Below are positions 12,143 through 25,123 of a stretch of DNA of 64,000 bases, piece after piece. Every line of letters starts with the position of its first letter. The first letter of the stretch is position 1. The notes under the pieces are model-generated. The model was not told where the DNA came from and did not search any database. It worked only from the letters and a program-made list of their open reading frames with translations. The stretch is from Octopus vulgaris. Taxonomy: Eukaryota. Made by a program: the position numbers and the translations under genes. The stretch spans positions 47,058,001 through 47,122,000 of the forward strand of contig OX597814.1 of NCBI GenBank assembly GCA_951406725.2. The letters run 5' to 3'.

Positions 12143-13250
12143 CGGAACAATAGCTCGAAGCTAAAACTTACAGATGAAGAGAGGACGTATCTTTGATAAA
12201 CCGAGCGCGTGATACGAAGCATTTCCAATGGGTAGCCATTTAGTTTGACAACTGAAAAGATACTGCTGTTCATCGCTGCAATACACGTTCCGAAAATCGA
12301 TCAGAAATCGGCAGCGCTCAAGACTGTGTCCTATCCAACGTTTTAGACTGATCTAAATACAGCACTCCACGAAAGTCAGATCTAATGCGGAACCGCTCTA
12401 CAATGCGTTGCGTGATGTGAAAGTTGCTGTTGATAGATCTGGTGGGGATCGCCTAAGTTTGTACGATCACACTACGAACATCAAGAATCAACCTCTTGGT
12501 GCACATTTTTTGTCAAAATTTGTAATTCTGTCCAGCAGAGTTGTGAACCTGAAGTTGTTTATTATGATCCCATCGCCTTATTCTGGTTCTTCTACAATAA
12601 TTCGCCACTCGACAGATCACAAATATGAAAATGCTCCCAATTTACTATCTATTGTAATAGTTAGGTTTCTAAGACAGTGGCGGCAGTGAGGGCGCGTGGC
12701 TTAGTGGTTAGGGCATTCGGCTCATGATCGTAAGGTTGTGAGTTCGATTCCCGGCGACGCGTTGTGTCCTTGAGCAAGACACTTTATTTCACGTTGCTCC
12801 AGTCCACTCAACTGGCAAAAATGAGTTGTACTTGTATTTCAAAGGGTCAGCCTTGTCACTCTCTGTGTCACGCTGATTATCCCCGAGAACTACGTTAAGG
12901 GTACACGTGTCTGTGGAATGCTCAGCCATTTGCACGTTAATTTCACGAGCAAGCTGTTCCGTTGATCGTATCAGCTGGGACCCTCGTCGTCGTAACCGGC
13001 GGAGTCTTTTAAGACAGCGGCGAAAAATCTGACATTTATCAATAAAGTTTGAGGGACCGACCGGTGATTTATCTCACGCAACAGATCAATAAATCTGTTA
13101 CTTCAACAGCCGAAATCGGCTTTCCAGAGAACCCTACGTCTTCGACTGAGAATCACGGCAGACTGTCGTCGAGGTGGGCATCGAAATGCATCATTTACAG
13201 TTAATCGCTCCTTGTGGATAATCCAGCGAACATAATTTCGATGCAATGAA
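12143..13250 (-). pseudogene. L1/Tx1-clade RT remnant, interrupted by SINE C
   Basis: Minus strand translation: TRSINSNFHI...LDQSKTLDR...IAAMNSSIFSVVKLNG...ITRSVYQ, matching the LDQSKAFDRV...RSVRQGCPLSP pattern. The right boundary is uncertain. Confidence 0.7.
12683..13009 (+). mobile_element. tRNA-derived SINE family C with 13-bp TSD
   Basis: A box TGGCTTAGTGG, B box GAGTTCGATTCC, CORE-like TGTGTCCTTGAGCAAGACACTT; TSD TAAGACAG(T/C)GGCG at 12670 and 13010. Confidence 0.9.
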
Positions 13251-13611
13251 CATTTCAGGAGGATCTAGGTAGGAATTTTATACAAGAATTTAAAGTTCGT
13301 ATCAGAAGTACAACAGAACCAGTACAAACCAGCTGTGTGTTTTATATGCCTCTATTTAGAGGCTTTTAAAATCATCTGATGGAAGAAAAGTAGTTAAAAT
13401 TAGGAACTCGGAGTGAGTGCAGTTGTGGTTTATATGTTCCCTTCACATAGTTTGCAGTTGAAGGAAATTAAAATTGAATGGTGTGTGTAAATGCGGGTGT
13501 TATGTGCATTTGAATGTGTTTATATCTATGTGTGCATGTGTGTGTTTTTGTGGGGGAAAAATCAGATGCATCCACATAAAATAATTTACGAAAATATAAT
13601 TATTATACATA

Positions 13612-13779
13612 CGTGACTGTGTGGTAAGAAGCTTGATTCCCAACTACATTCTCCCCACTTCAGTCACACTGCATGGCACGTGTATTCTATTATAGCCTCG
13701 TATATTCTGTTATACCCTCGTGCTGACCAAAGCCTTGTGAGTGGATTTGGTAGACGGAAACTGAGAGAAACCCGTCGTG

Positions 13780-13827
<48 letters not shown>

Positions 13828-14030
13828 TGTCATCGTGTATACGATTGTCCTCCAACACCGCTTGATAACCAGTGATGGTGTACTTACCTCTCCGTAACTT
13901 AGCGATTCGGTAGAAGAGACCGATAGAATAAGTACCTGACTTTAAAAAGGGTAATGGAGTTGATTCTATAGTTCTTCGAATCGGTGCCCCAGTATGACCG
14001 CAGTTTAATGCCTGAAACAAATAAAAGACT
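13612..14030 (+). mobile_element. SINE family B (diverged)
   Basis: Head, microsatellite and tail organisation as in other copies. Confidence 0.85.
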
Positions 14031-14096
14031 AAACGAATGCATGCATACATACATGCATACATACATACATATATACATACATACATACATACATAC

Positions 14097-14145
<49 letters not shown>

Positions 14146-17026
14146 TACATGCACGCATACATACGTATGTATGTATGTTTGTATGTATGTACGCATGCAT
14201 GCTTGCAGACGGAAAAAATACCATAAGTTGTAATAAAGACAGGCTTTAAAAAAAGTATACTATTTATTTCCTGTTTTGTATCTAACCATAAAACAGCCAC
14301 GGGCATAGATATCGCTATTTTATTGTTACATTATAAAACAGAAAAACGCGTTTATAGGAATGCAATAATAAGCTTTCTTCGTAAAAAAAGAAAAAAAAAA
14401 TCTTCTCATTTTCTAACTTATGCCAAAAAGTACCTATCACCCACCACTACAGAAAAAATCTTCCTTTATCTCTCCAAGCAAAAAATGTGCGAAAGTAAAA
14501 ACAAAAGACGAACAAGAGCATAGTAAGTTGTTGTATTTATGCGTTTATAAAATGATTTGAAACCTCCGGAAGGAAAGCGAAATTATTGAGATATCCAAGC
14601 CAGTGAGGTTGCTGATTCATGTAGAATGTCAGATAAGACGAAGGAAGCTATAAATATAGACAAAGTCATCATGGACTAAGGATCTTTTATATTATTCTTT
14701 TATTCTGTTACTGATTTCTCTCATTTAACTGCGGCCATGCTGTTGCACTGCGTCTTGCGAATCACATCGACACCGACATTTATTTCAGTTTGGTATTTAT
14801 TTTATTGAATTAGATTCATCGAAAGACGGAATCTGACACCCAAACAAGACACTCGCATATCTCCAACATCTCTCTCTCTTTCCCTCTCTCTACCTCTCTC
14901 TCACACACATACACACACATACATGCATGCACATACACACACATACATGCATGCACATACACACACACACGCATGCACACACACATATGCACATGCACAC
15001 ACACACATATATACACAAGCACACACACACAAACACACATACACACACGCGTACGCGCACGCGCGAAAATTCCTTTAACACCTCTTGTAGGGGAATTAAA
15101 AATAGAGGAAAATTCGTTCTCATATGACGCTATAGAATTGGGTGAAGCCTGTTGTTCGTATTGTTGGATCAATAGTGTTTATGGAAAGGAAAGATACACA
15201 AATAAGCTGTTGAGAGGACAAATGGACACCTCGATAGAATAACAAAGGCAGGCGAAATTTTATGAGCAAAGAAATCGTTATATTAAAGAGGGGTCTTTCA
15301 CTAAGGGTGCAGGGTTAGGAAGCCAATGCGCATGGGCAGTATGGGATGCAGTTGAGCAAAGAAAGTTATCGTGGAGCATGTTGTGAAAAGTGGAGGCACC
15401 AAGCTTGAAATAGCTCTCGAGAGCGTTTCCATCCCTGGCTTGAGAGAGCTCTTCAGGATGTTTCCATCCCTGAGCAGTATTAGATGGTGGGGCTAGTGTG
15501 TTACTGCTGATTGTCGTCACAGTATTTCTGGCGGCATAACCAAGTTTTGCAATATCCTCACTGATGCATCAAAAGAACAGTACGACAGCGTCAATGCAAT
15601 GAGAACCAATACCATATTGCACCCTGCTGATTTTCAAAGCAGGGTGAGAAAGGATAATGCAGGTGTATCAACAAAGGAAAGCTGATATCCAAATTTCTGC
15701 ATGGGAAAATGAGAGGACAATGCAGAAGATATGAGAAACATTCATATTCTCAAGCCTTGTGGCAATAACAAAGTAATGCTCTGGCTTTATGCTACGATAC
15801 CTTGACCAAAAGTCCTGATTGTTGAGTTGATGGTGCAATGAGAAAGCAATACAGAGTCAGCTCATGAAAAGAAAGGCTTATAATATAAAAGACTTAAAGA
15901 ATTATTTGAGACATGTTGATGTCAACTACGGTATTTTCAGTAGATAGTATTACATACATATAAGAGGGAATTACCACTATGTGGAAACCCTAATGCTAGA
16001 AGTAGATCCGCTATGGTCATTACCACTAAGAATTGTTCTCTAGAAAATTTAGCAAACACCAGAAACGTAAGCGAGCAAGACAAATGAAAAGCAACAAAAA
16101 TATAGATTAATCATAAACAGTGTTTCACTATCAATAAATTACGTAATTTTACTTATGCAATTTATCTGTAGATCTTCAGTATGATCGTCCATACAAATAT
16201 AGGTGGGAGGTTATAGGTTTGTAATCAAATCGATAATATCTTACCTGGGTAGTACTGAAATTGGAAACGACAAAACAATAGTGATTCATGAACTGGAGAG
16301 GAGCGGAAAATGCATCTTCATGCATATGGCAGAGACATATGAATGAGAGTAAGACCATAACAGCAAATTACCAGTCCTCAATGGATAATAAAATAGTTGC
16401 TGCGTTGGTCGAGTGGTTACAGCTGTAGCTAGTGGATGACGGAGAAAATAGTTGTGCTAAAGCGTGAGCCAAAAGAATTTGGACATTTTCTAGGAGTATC
16501 AATGCTGCCCAGCATCCATGAAGGGAGCGATGATGTCGGAAGGTGCCAAAGTTATGATTTCTCGTCAACAGCTGATGAAAAGTGTGCCCCACAGTGCAAG
16601 CTGTATGTAAAATAATGACATTACGTGGGTGTAAGAACAAAAACATGATCAGACAAAATGGTCAACAACTGTCGAATAATGATACTGCAGGGGCATATGT
16701 GGGTGTTATCTAGGAAGATTTCTAGAAATGTAACTCATAGGAGAAAACTTGTTTAAAAATGTCGAGCATTGCAGCACTACGATTACATACACCATTTTGT
16801 GCATGTTGGTTTGTGTTTGTGATCCACTTAAGCGTATATATGGGATAAATTAAACAACTTTTGACGAGGGAGCTTCACATATAATGTGAGAGAGAACAAT
16901 ATTGGCCATTTGGAGTTTGGCATCTCTTTTACAGTATAAGCCTTTTATGGTTACTCGATTATGAGAGATGTACAGGATCTGGACAAATTTACACCATTCA
17001 ACTTCGAACAATTTTTTTATAAATAT

Positions 17027-17072
<46 letters not shown>

Positions 17073-18994
17073 GGCAGGGGTGAAAAATGTTAGCATGTTT
17101 GTGTTTGCACACGCGTATATGAGTTTGCAATACACCCGAACTTTCTGTGTATCTCTAGGTGTAAACGTTCTTTTATTTTAGTCCTTTTTTTCCATGTTTG
17201 CCCTTTATGATATTAGTCTTTATTTCATTTTGCAAGTCAAGGACAACATATTTTACACGTCTTCGAAATAGTGTGTTGTTCACAAGAAGTTGTCAACGAC
17301 ATCGATTTCATCGATCTAAGAATGGTAAACAAAAATGCGCGCGTGTACGCACACTCACTCACGCACACACACATATGTATGCGTATGAGTGTACATACAT
17401 ACATACATACATACATACATACATACATACATACATACATTTATATACAAATAAAAATCCAAATTGAGGGAGTGGAAAAGGTAAAATGCAAGATACATAT
17501 GTTTCTTAAGGTAGGGGATGCTTGTGGTATAATAGTTATGCAACGAGCTATGCTCAACGTAGCTAATCATCAGGCTAAGATTACCTTTCTTTCATTAAGT
17601 ACTTTATTTCTGTGTATATATAGATATATTTATTCGGTTGCTGACATTTAGCAATGGTTCCTCGCATTGTTTTGATATGCCATTTTCTATCAATAAAAAA
17701 TCTGTCTGCATTTTTGACGACATGGGTATGCTAGCGATAATAATAAAACCCTAACCCTCCAGGTCATCTCAATTTTACAAAATAAATAATATACTTTTAA
17801 AATGACAACAGTGCCATATAGTAGGTGTACAACAATAATGTCACGTTAGCAAAATGTCTGAAATATGTAGACCATAAATATAATCGATTGCCTTGATTCA
17901 GTACAATATTGGTACCTATTAGAGCGGTCTCTATAAGCACTGAAGGCAAATTCTACTCCGCTGTGTTTTAAACGTAGAGGGTTTAAAAAGATTGTACATC
18001 ATTATCAGCGACTATTTCTAATATTGGCAAAGAGAAACTCATTTTGGGGATAAAGTGTTGATGATTGATTAGATCTGAATACCTGACTGATTTAATCGAT
18101 TTGAAGATCTGACTGAGAGCATGAAAACAAAGTTAAAGCGGCAGAATTGAAATTCAGAACGTAAAGGTACTCGCCATAAGATTTAGCATTTCGTCTTAAT
18201 CAGAGACAATAATCCAACTGACGAGAACTGAATCAATGCAACGACTTGATAGTATCGTTAGGGCATCTGACTAAATGCCTCAGGATCTAATTGCGACCAT
18301 TACTTTCTGAGTTCAAGTCTCGCCGTGGTCAGCTCCACGATTTTCCGAAGTCAATAAAATACAATAGCAACCGATTAATTGAATCGATTTAATATTCCTA
18401 TAAAACTTTCCAGATACGAATGGAATTATAGCAGAAGGCTAAGTTTGGGGCCACTGACTTGTGGAGGTGAACGTTCAGTCAGTTTTCCATTTAGAGTTTC
18501 CGAAGCAAAAATAAACCTAGCAAACGGGATTCACTTACCGGATGATAGGATTTCTGACATCAAAACACCATATTAATATCGTTAATTACATAACACTACA
18601 GAGTTCAGCGTAATTAATGACAATAATACACATCTGTGTGTATATCATCATTATAAAGAACCACTACAGTGTGAGTAAAGGTATATGGAACAACGATACA
18701 GTCATTTTAATAACGCTTATATTAAAAGCGCGTGCACACACACACACACCTTCATTAAGTTTTCTAACAACTATTATGAAACAACACTAAGTTTTCTGAA
18801 GACGTCAGTTTCATTAAATTAAAAATAAGAATTTCAAATTAAAATATCAGTTTCTTTTGACATAATGCAATAATAGTGTTCACTACATTTAAAATAAAAA
18901 CAATGAAATACAAACATGTAATAGTTCACTTATTAAGAAAGCCTGGGTAGGAATAAAGAAGCCGTTATTCTTGAAATACTGAATAACGCTAATC

Positions 18995-19168
18995 TTCTAT
19001 ATTTGAGAGATGAAGAATTATGTACATTATTTACATTATTAACATTTGACGGATATTTGTCCTCATCTTGTTTGTTGTTAACACAATGTTTCGACTGATA
19101 TACCCTCCAGCTTTCATCAGGTGTCTTGGGGAATTTCGAACCTGCGTTCTCATTCCTAAGGTATGCCC
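18995..19168 (-). mobile_element. Inverted partial copy of the hammerhead-SINE 3' region
   Basis: Reverse complement of 19293-19424 plus extra 3' sequence; contains gacac-CTGATGA-aagctg...cagtc-GAAA-ca-TT-gtgtt at 19080-19125. Confidence 0.9.
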
Positions 19169-19170
19169 AC

Positions 19171-19241
19171 GGGCATATGGCGCAGTGGTTAAGAGTGCGG
19201 GTTACTAACCCCAAGATTCCGAGTTCGATTCCAAGCAGTGA

Positions 19242-19285
<44 letters not shown>

Positions 19286-19424
19286 TCGGAAAATACCTTA
19301 GGAATGAGAACCCAGGTTCGATATTTCCCCAAGACACCTGATGAAGGCCGGAGAGTATATCAGTTGAAACGTTGTGTTAACAACAAATAAAATGAGGACA
19401 AATATCCGTCAAATGTAAATAATG
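19171..19424 (+). mobile_element. tRNA-headed SINE with (AAT)n linker and hammerhead-containing tail (copy 1)
   Basis: A box TGGCGCAGTGG, B box GAGTTCGATTCC, (AAT)n, then CTGATGA...GAAA at 19338-19369. Confidence 0.88.
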
Positions 19425-21022
19425 AGCTCTTCTTTCTATAAATCGTTTATGTTACACATGTCCTCGACCTATAAGAGTTAAATATTTGAGGTATTTTGTA
19501 TTTAAAATTAGATTATTCATAGACACTGCGTTCATTTGATTGATTGCTGTCGCCCTATCAACGTGGAAACTTAATATCTATAGTGACCATTGTCTATTAA
19601 AATATCATTCCATTTCATTGAATACATAACGTCTGTGATGAGCTTTTAATAAGACTAAAATGAGCCAACTCAAACAGAGCAATAACATAAATTCGGATAA
19701 TTACAGAGCATGTACTAAATGTTGTACGCAAAATTTGATATTTAACTGAAATTCCCTTCTTATTAAGAGAAAGCAAACAAAAAATTATTTGCATTTGCTA
19801 ATGACTCTCAGCTCACTTACAAACACACATCTCATATTAGTAATCTGAAAGCACGAATGGGTAATACGAATAACATGAAAATACAACATACTGTCGTGAC
19901 ACCAAGGCATGTTTTGTAGACATCTATTCAATTATTTGTTAAAATACTTAGACCAATCCTCTCCATACACTATCCCATTGCTACACTTGAGATTAACTTT
20001 AAAAGAATTTTATATTATTTAGTAGTTATTGTCTCAGTTTCAAATTGTATTATTCTCATATTTCTATTTACTCAAAAGTTTTGGTTTCTTTTTTTTCTAT
20101 TGTTTTGGACTACCACAAACAAACATTCGGTAAAACCCAGAATATTACTGACCAACGAAGTCAAGCTATTTTTAATTTAAAGAAACTTTCTAAATATTTT
20201 TGTTAAGAAAGACAATGTTACAAATCTTGCTTCATCAATTTGCGACATTTGCCCTCCATGTATCCCATATATAGGCTTCTACACTAATTCTCCTACCTGA
20301 GTAGGATTCACTATAACACCAATCTCTTCATTTTTCAAGCCTGTGAAATTGTTCGACATTTATAAATTTCTCGAGGGTTCAATGATAATAAATCAACATA
20401 AATTAGTTTTAGCTGGAAATAGAAATCGAGACACAGACTTTAATTATCAAGAACTTATTTCTTGCTCCGCATTGCTGAATCAAATAAACTTCGAGCGATA
20501 GTTCACTTATTAAGAAAGCCTTGGTAGGAAAAAAAAAACTGTTGTTCTTGAAATACTAGATAGTTAGTTGGAAATAACTCTCTTCTCTTCTATAAAGTGA
20601 AAAGTCTATTGGAAATAACTGTTGTTCTTGGTCTTTCATTGGAAATTAGATATTGATCTGCATCCTTTATTTAATTTGAAGATTTTGTTTTCTTGATCCT
20701 ACTAAAAGGGAAATTTCAGTTAAATGAAAATTTGTTTTTACGGTGACGCTGTATGACCGAATGACTAAGTTCGTTTCGCTATCATGAGTGAACTTTGGTG
20801 TACAGAAACCCGTTGGATAAACTGTACCTGTAATTCAAAAGTTACCCCTTTTACTATGTAACACTGTTTCCACGCTAGAATTACATTAAAGACAAACACG
20901 ATACTGTGGACTAACACTTTTACACTAATCAAACAACTGAGTACTGATAGCTGGAAATTCTGGCGGAGATTCATTTGTTTTAGTTCGTCATTCAATATAA
21001 CACCCCTTAACTTCTCTTCAAT

Positions 21023-21250
21023 GGGCATATGGCGGAGTGGTTAAGAGTGCGGGCTACTAACCCCAAGATTCCGCGTTCGATTCTAGGCAGTGACCTGAAT
21101 AATAATAATAATAATAACAGTAATAATAATATCGAAAAATACCTTAGGTATGAGAACCCAGGGTTCGAAATTTCCCCAAGACACCTGATGAAGGCTGGAG
21201 GGTATATCAGCCGAAACGTTGTGTTAGCAACAAACAAGATGTAAATAATG
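21023..21250 (+). mobile_element. tRNA-headed SINE with hammerhead tail (copy 2), TSD-like flanks
   Basis: Same organisation as copy 1; ACCCCTTAACTT at 21002-21013 and 21252-21263. Confidence 0.88.
21180..21225 (+). ncRNA. Minimal type-I hammerhead ribozyme motif with intact core
   Basis: GACAC-CTGATGA-A-GGCTG-gagggtatat-CAGCC-GAAA-CG-TT-GTGTT: 5-bp stem I, 5-bp stem II, palindromic AACGTT stem III; predicted cleavage after GUU at 21220. Confidence 0.8.
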
Positions 21251-21937
21251 TACCCCTTAACTTGTTTAATAGTCAAATGAATTTAATAATATTAAATATA
21301 TTTCCAATTTTACTATTCATGAAAAGGAGTCGTACGTTATTGAATTCTGAATTATTGAATAAGAGAAACGTAGAAATGACTTTCTATGTTCTCCAAGGGT
21401 GTTAGTGAGGCAAGTGGAGTTTAAAATTACTACAACCGATAATCGAAACCGAAAACAGATTTTTCGCTGAGATTTTATTGCTATACTACTTTGAAGTAGT
21501 ATGAATATTTTATGTGATCATCCTGAACTTAGGAACGTAAAAAATGTATTTGTAGGGTAATTTTGAAGTAGGTTTAGTTAATGCCTTTTTTAATAGCAGA
21601 TTTGAACTATTGTTGAACTTAGATTGAGTTATTCGACAGAACAAACACAAAAATCAAAAGATCTGATGTTGATTTTTTTCAACGTATGTTATTTAAAATG
21701 CGTTTACAAACGTCTTCATTGTAATTATATTATTGTCATGCTTTGTCAAAGTAATGGCTTGAAACTTTTGATGTTTTATTGTTATGGTTCGTTGGCTGTA
21801 TAAATTAACTTTGATAAAGATGTCAAGAAAAAGATAATATAAAGTAACTGTGTGTATGTATATGTACACACACACACACACACAAACACACATGTTCACA
21901 ACAAGCCAACAATGGTTTCTATTGTATTGACATATCT

Positions 21938-22252
21938 TTAATTATTTATGCGCCCTTTTCAAGCCTAGCCAGGCTCATGGGCCCGGTTTCCCGGTTTCTG
22001 TGGCGTATGTATTCCTCCCAGCTGGACGGGACGCCAGTCCATCGCAGCGTTACTAAAAAAACAGAAAGAATGATTGAGAGAAAGTTGGGGCGAAAGAGTA
22101 CAATAGGGGTCGCCACCACTCTCTGCCGGAGTCTTGTGGAGCTTTAGGTGTTTTCGCTCAATAAACGCACACAACGCCCGGTCTGGGAATCGAAATCGCG
22201 ATCCTCCGACCGCGAGTTCACTGCCCTAACTACTGGGCCATTGCGCCTCCAC
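21938..22252 (-). mobile_element. tRNA-derived SINE family D with 12-bp TSD ATTGACATATCT
   Basis: Head GTGGAGGCGCAATGGCCCAGTAGTTAGG...TTCGATTCCC; TSD at 21926-21937 and 22253-22264. Confidence 0.9.
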
Positions 22253-22542
22253 ATTGACATATCTAGATACTGAAAATATCATTGAAATTAATATTTCCGA
22301 AAATACATGTTAACACAAAGTTTTCAAAACGATACAAAATTAATTAAATTCAAAGTTTACTATGTTTAACAAAAAGATAGCTAATTGTCATAACTTAAAA
22401 TCTCTGTTTCTAATTGTTGTAACGTTTCTTATGTTTATTTTTTTATTTTTTCGTTATCCACACTAATAGATGAATACAAAAATTTCTTAGATTATACTTC
22501 CTCTTAGTGCTCTTTTTGCAGAAAACGTTCATGACTGGAAAT

Positions 22543-22804
22543 GGCTCTTTTCACTTTGACCGGCAGATTTAGAAAAATAATTTCTTTGTAACTAAACACT
22601 TAAATTTCGTATACTGGTAGAATGTGTCACATAAAACATCTTTTTTCTCTTGGTGTTCTTGAGAAAATTCTGTAGTTTGTAAGCTATTTCTTGTTTAATT
22701 TCTCGCGACACATATGTGACACATTCTACCAGTATACGAAGTTTAAAAGTGTTTAGTTACAAAGAAATTATTTTTTAAATCTGCCGGTCATAGTGAAAAG
22801 ATCC
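22543..22804. mobile_element. MITE with ~90-bp TIRs, GG...CC ends and 8-bp TSD (Merlin-like)
   Basis: GGCTCTTTTCACTTTGACCGG...CCGGTCATAGTGAAAAGATCC; TSD CTGGAAAT at 22535-22542 and 22805-22812. Confidence 0.85.
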
Positions 22805-23202
22805 CTGGAAATATTTCCTTAGTTCATTTTGAATTTAACTAATTTTGGATCGTCTTAAAAACGTTATGTTGGCCCATATTTTCGGAAATATCAATTTCAG
22901 TGATGTTTTCCACATCTAAATATATTAATACAATAGACACAATTGTCGGCTTTATAAGGTGAATTCTACATTAAAGATGCAATTTTTTCTATACGTATTT
23001 TTGCTGTCTAATACTCTGAATTTCTTGAAATTCTTCTAAATGATATTTGAATCTACTTGTCATAGATAAGGAATTACCTTAGATGAGTATTCTACTTACA
23101 TTTACTGCAGTTTGAGTGCTGGATATAGTTAGCCAAATTCGTTTAAAACTGAGTGCTTTATTGATATCTGCCTGGGTTTTTAAACCCTCTTTTTTCTTTT
23201 AA

Positions 23203-23297
<95 letters not shown>

Positions 23298-23300
<3 letters not shown>

Positions 23301-23690
23301 CAGGAGTGGCTGTGTGGTAAGTAGCTTGCTTACCAACCACATGGTTGCGGGTTCAGTCCACTGCGTGGCATCTTGACCAAGTGTCTTCTGCTATAGCCCC
23401 GGGCCGACCAATGCCTTGTGAGTGGATTTGGTAGACGGAAACTGAAAGAAGCCTGTCGTATATATGTATATATATATATATGTATGTGTGTGTGCTTGTG
23501 TGTCTGTGTTTGTTCCCCTAGCATTGCTTGACAACCGATGCTGGAGTGTTTACGTCCCCGTCATCTAGCGGTTCGGCAAAAAGAGACCGATAGAATAAGT
23601 ACTGGGCTTACAAGAAAAAGAATAAGTTGCTCGACTAAAGGTGGTGCTCCAGCATGGCCGCAGTCAAATGACTGAAATAAGTAAAAGAGT
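23298..23690 (+). mobile_element. SINE family B, full length
   Basis: Head, (TA)/(TG) linker and tail ending GTAAAAGAG. Confidence 0.92.
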
Positions 23691-23707
23691 ACATACATAC
23701 ATATGTT

Positions 23708-24474
23708 GTGGCTGTGTGGTAAGAAGTTTACTTCCCAACGACATGGTTCCGGGTTCAGTCCCAGTGCATGGCACCTCTGGCAAATATTTTCTACTATAGC
23801 TTCGGGCCGACCAAGCTATAGTGAGTGGATTTGTTAGACGGAAACTGGAAGAAGCTCATCGCGTGTATATGTGTGTGTGTGCTGGCTCTTGAGCCTCTGC
23901 TGCAGAAGTTGGAGGCCACGGGGAGTGACCCGTGTGATCTATGTTGCGGTAGGAGGGCGACGGCACATGCGGATGATGTCACCATCATCGTGTCTGATAA
24001 AAGGCAGTTGCCTCGTGTAGAAGACGCCATCAAAGGATACGAAGCGGTGGCAGGAGCAAAAATTAACCAAGAAAACTCGGCACCTAGAGGGGCAAGTCGA
24101 TGCCTCCCAACAGCGTCGTGGGACGTTGGACGGAGGGCTCAGTTAAATTGCTTTGGATCTGGTTTGGACCAGATCTCCAGATGGAGAAAACTGGAGCGAT
24201 GTCATGGGCAAGGAGACGGTCATAACCCAGACTTGGTCTGAGAGGTCGCTATCCTTGCTAGGGAGGGCCGAGGTTGCACAGGTGTTTATAGCACCGGTGA
24301 TAACCTACCGCCTAACCGTTGTGCCTTGCCCCAGGGTGTGAAAGAAGCTTGTCGTATATATCCTCCTTCCCTTCTTTCCTGAGCGTCAATAATACTTTAA
24401 TTGTTCCACGTCCTGCGTTGCTGTGTTTTTTCTCCTTTTTTTCTCTTTTTTTCTGTGTTTTCTTGTTTGGATTA

Positions 24475-24534
<60 letters not shown>

Positions 24535-24830
24535 AAGTAAGATAGGGGTTATGGGTGTAACCCACTATGGGATAGTATTTATCCAATATACTATATATAT
24601 ATGTATGTATATGTATATATTTGTGTGTCTGTGTTTGTCACCCCCACCATCACTTGTCAACCGATGTTGGTGTGTTTACGTCCCCGTAACTTAGCGGTTC
24701 GGCAAAAGAGCCCGATAGAATAAGTACTAGGTTTACAAAGAATAAGTCCTGGGGTCGATTTGTTCAACTAAAGGCGGTGCTCCAGCATGGTCGCAGTAAA
24801 GTGACTGAAACAAGTAAAAGAATAAAAGAA
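23708..24830 (+). mobile_element. SINE family B split by a Tx1-like LINE fragment
   Basis: Head at 23708-23880 and tail at ~24600-24830. Confidence 0.85.
23882..24480 (+). pseudogene. L1/Tx1-clade LINE fragment (RT C-part and probable 3' UTR)
   Basis: VLALEPLLQKL...AHADDVTII...YEAVAGAKINQE, followed by WSERSLSLLGRAEVAQVFIAPVITYRL. Confidence 0.85.
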
Positions 24831-25123
24831 TATATAGTGTTCTATTTGGGGACGGTCTTAACCATACGCACTATATACTTGCTTTTCACTTCTGCTTAAT
24901 TGTTATTCTTATTTTAGTATTCTTTGACAAAGGACACTAAGATAAGAATATAAAAAAAAGAAGAAGAAAGCTGATGTGAAAAACAGATATAGAGTACGAG
25001 TGGTTAGCTGGCAAAAAAAAGTAGAAAGATATGACCATCCCCACCAAATATAACAATATCTGTTCCAACACACAATTTCCCATCAGGAATCTAGCAAAAC
25101 AAATACATAAACGTGTATATATA

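Larger units (their letters stand above)
21903..22952. mobile_element. Fold-back (long TIR) element hosting two younger insertions
   Basis: 21903-21937 plus 22265-22345 are the reverse complement of ~22828-22952. Confidence 0.7.

Noticed and set aside
12060-13410. Direct repeats ATCATCTGATGGAAGAAAA at ~12112 and ~13371 as LTRs
   Set aside because: Short and diverged, no TG...CA, PBS or PPT; the interior is non-LTR RT.
18440-18480. Possible end of the SLC6 TM1 exon (GGAG|GTGA)
   Set aside because: Upstream sequence does not encode GNVWRFPYLCYKNGG.
19171-19245. Stand-alone tRNA gene (also 21023, 12690 and 22180)
   Set aside because: Imperfect acceptor and T stems, and each continues into a repeated SINE body; these are SINE heads.
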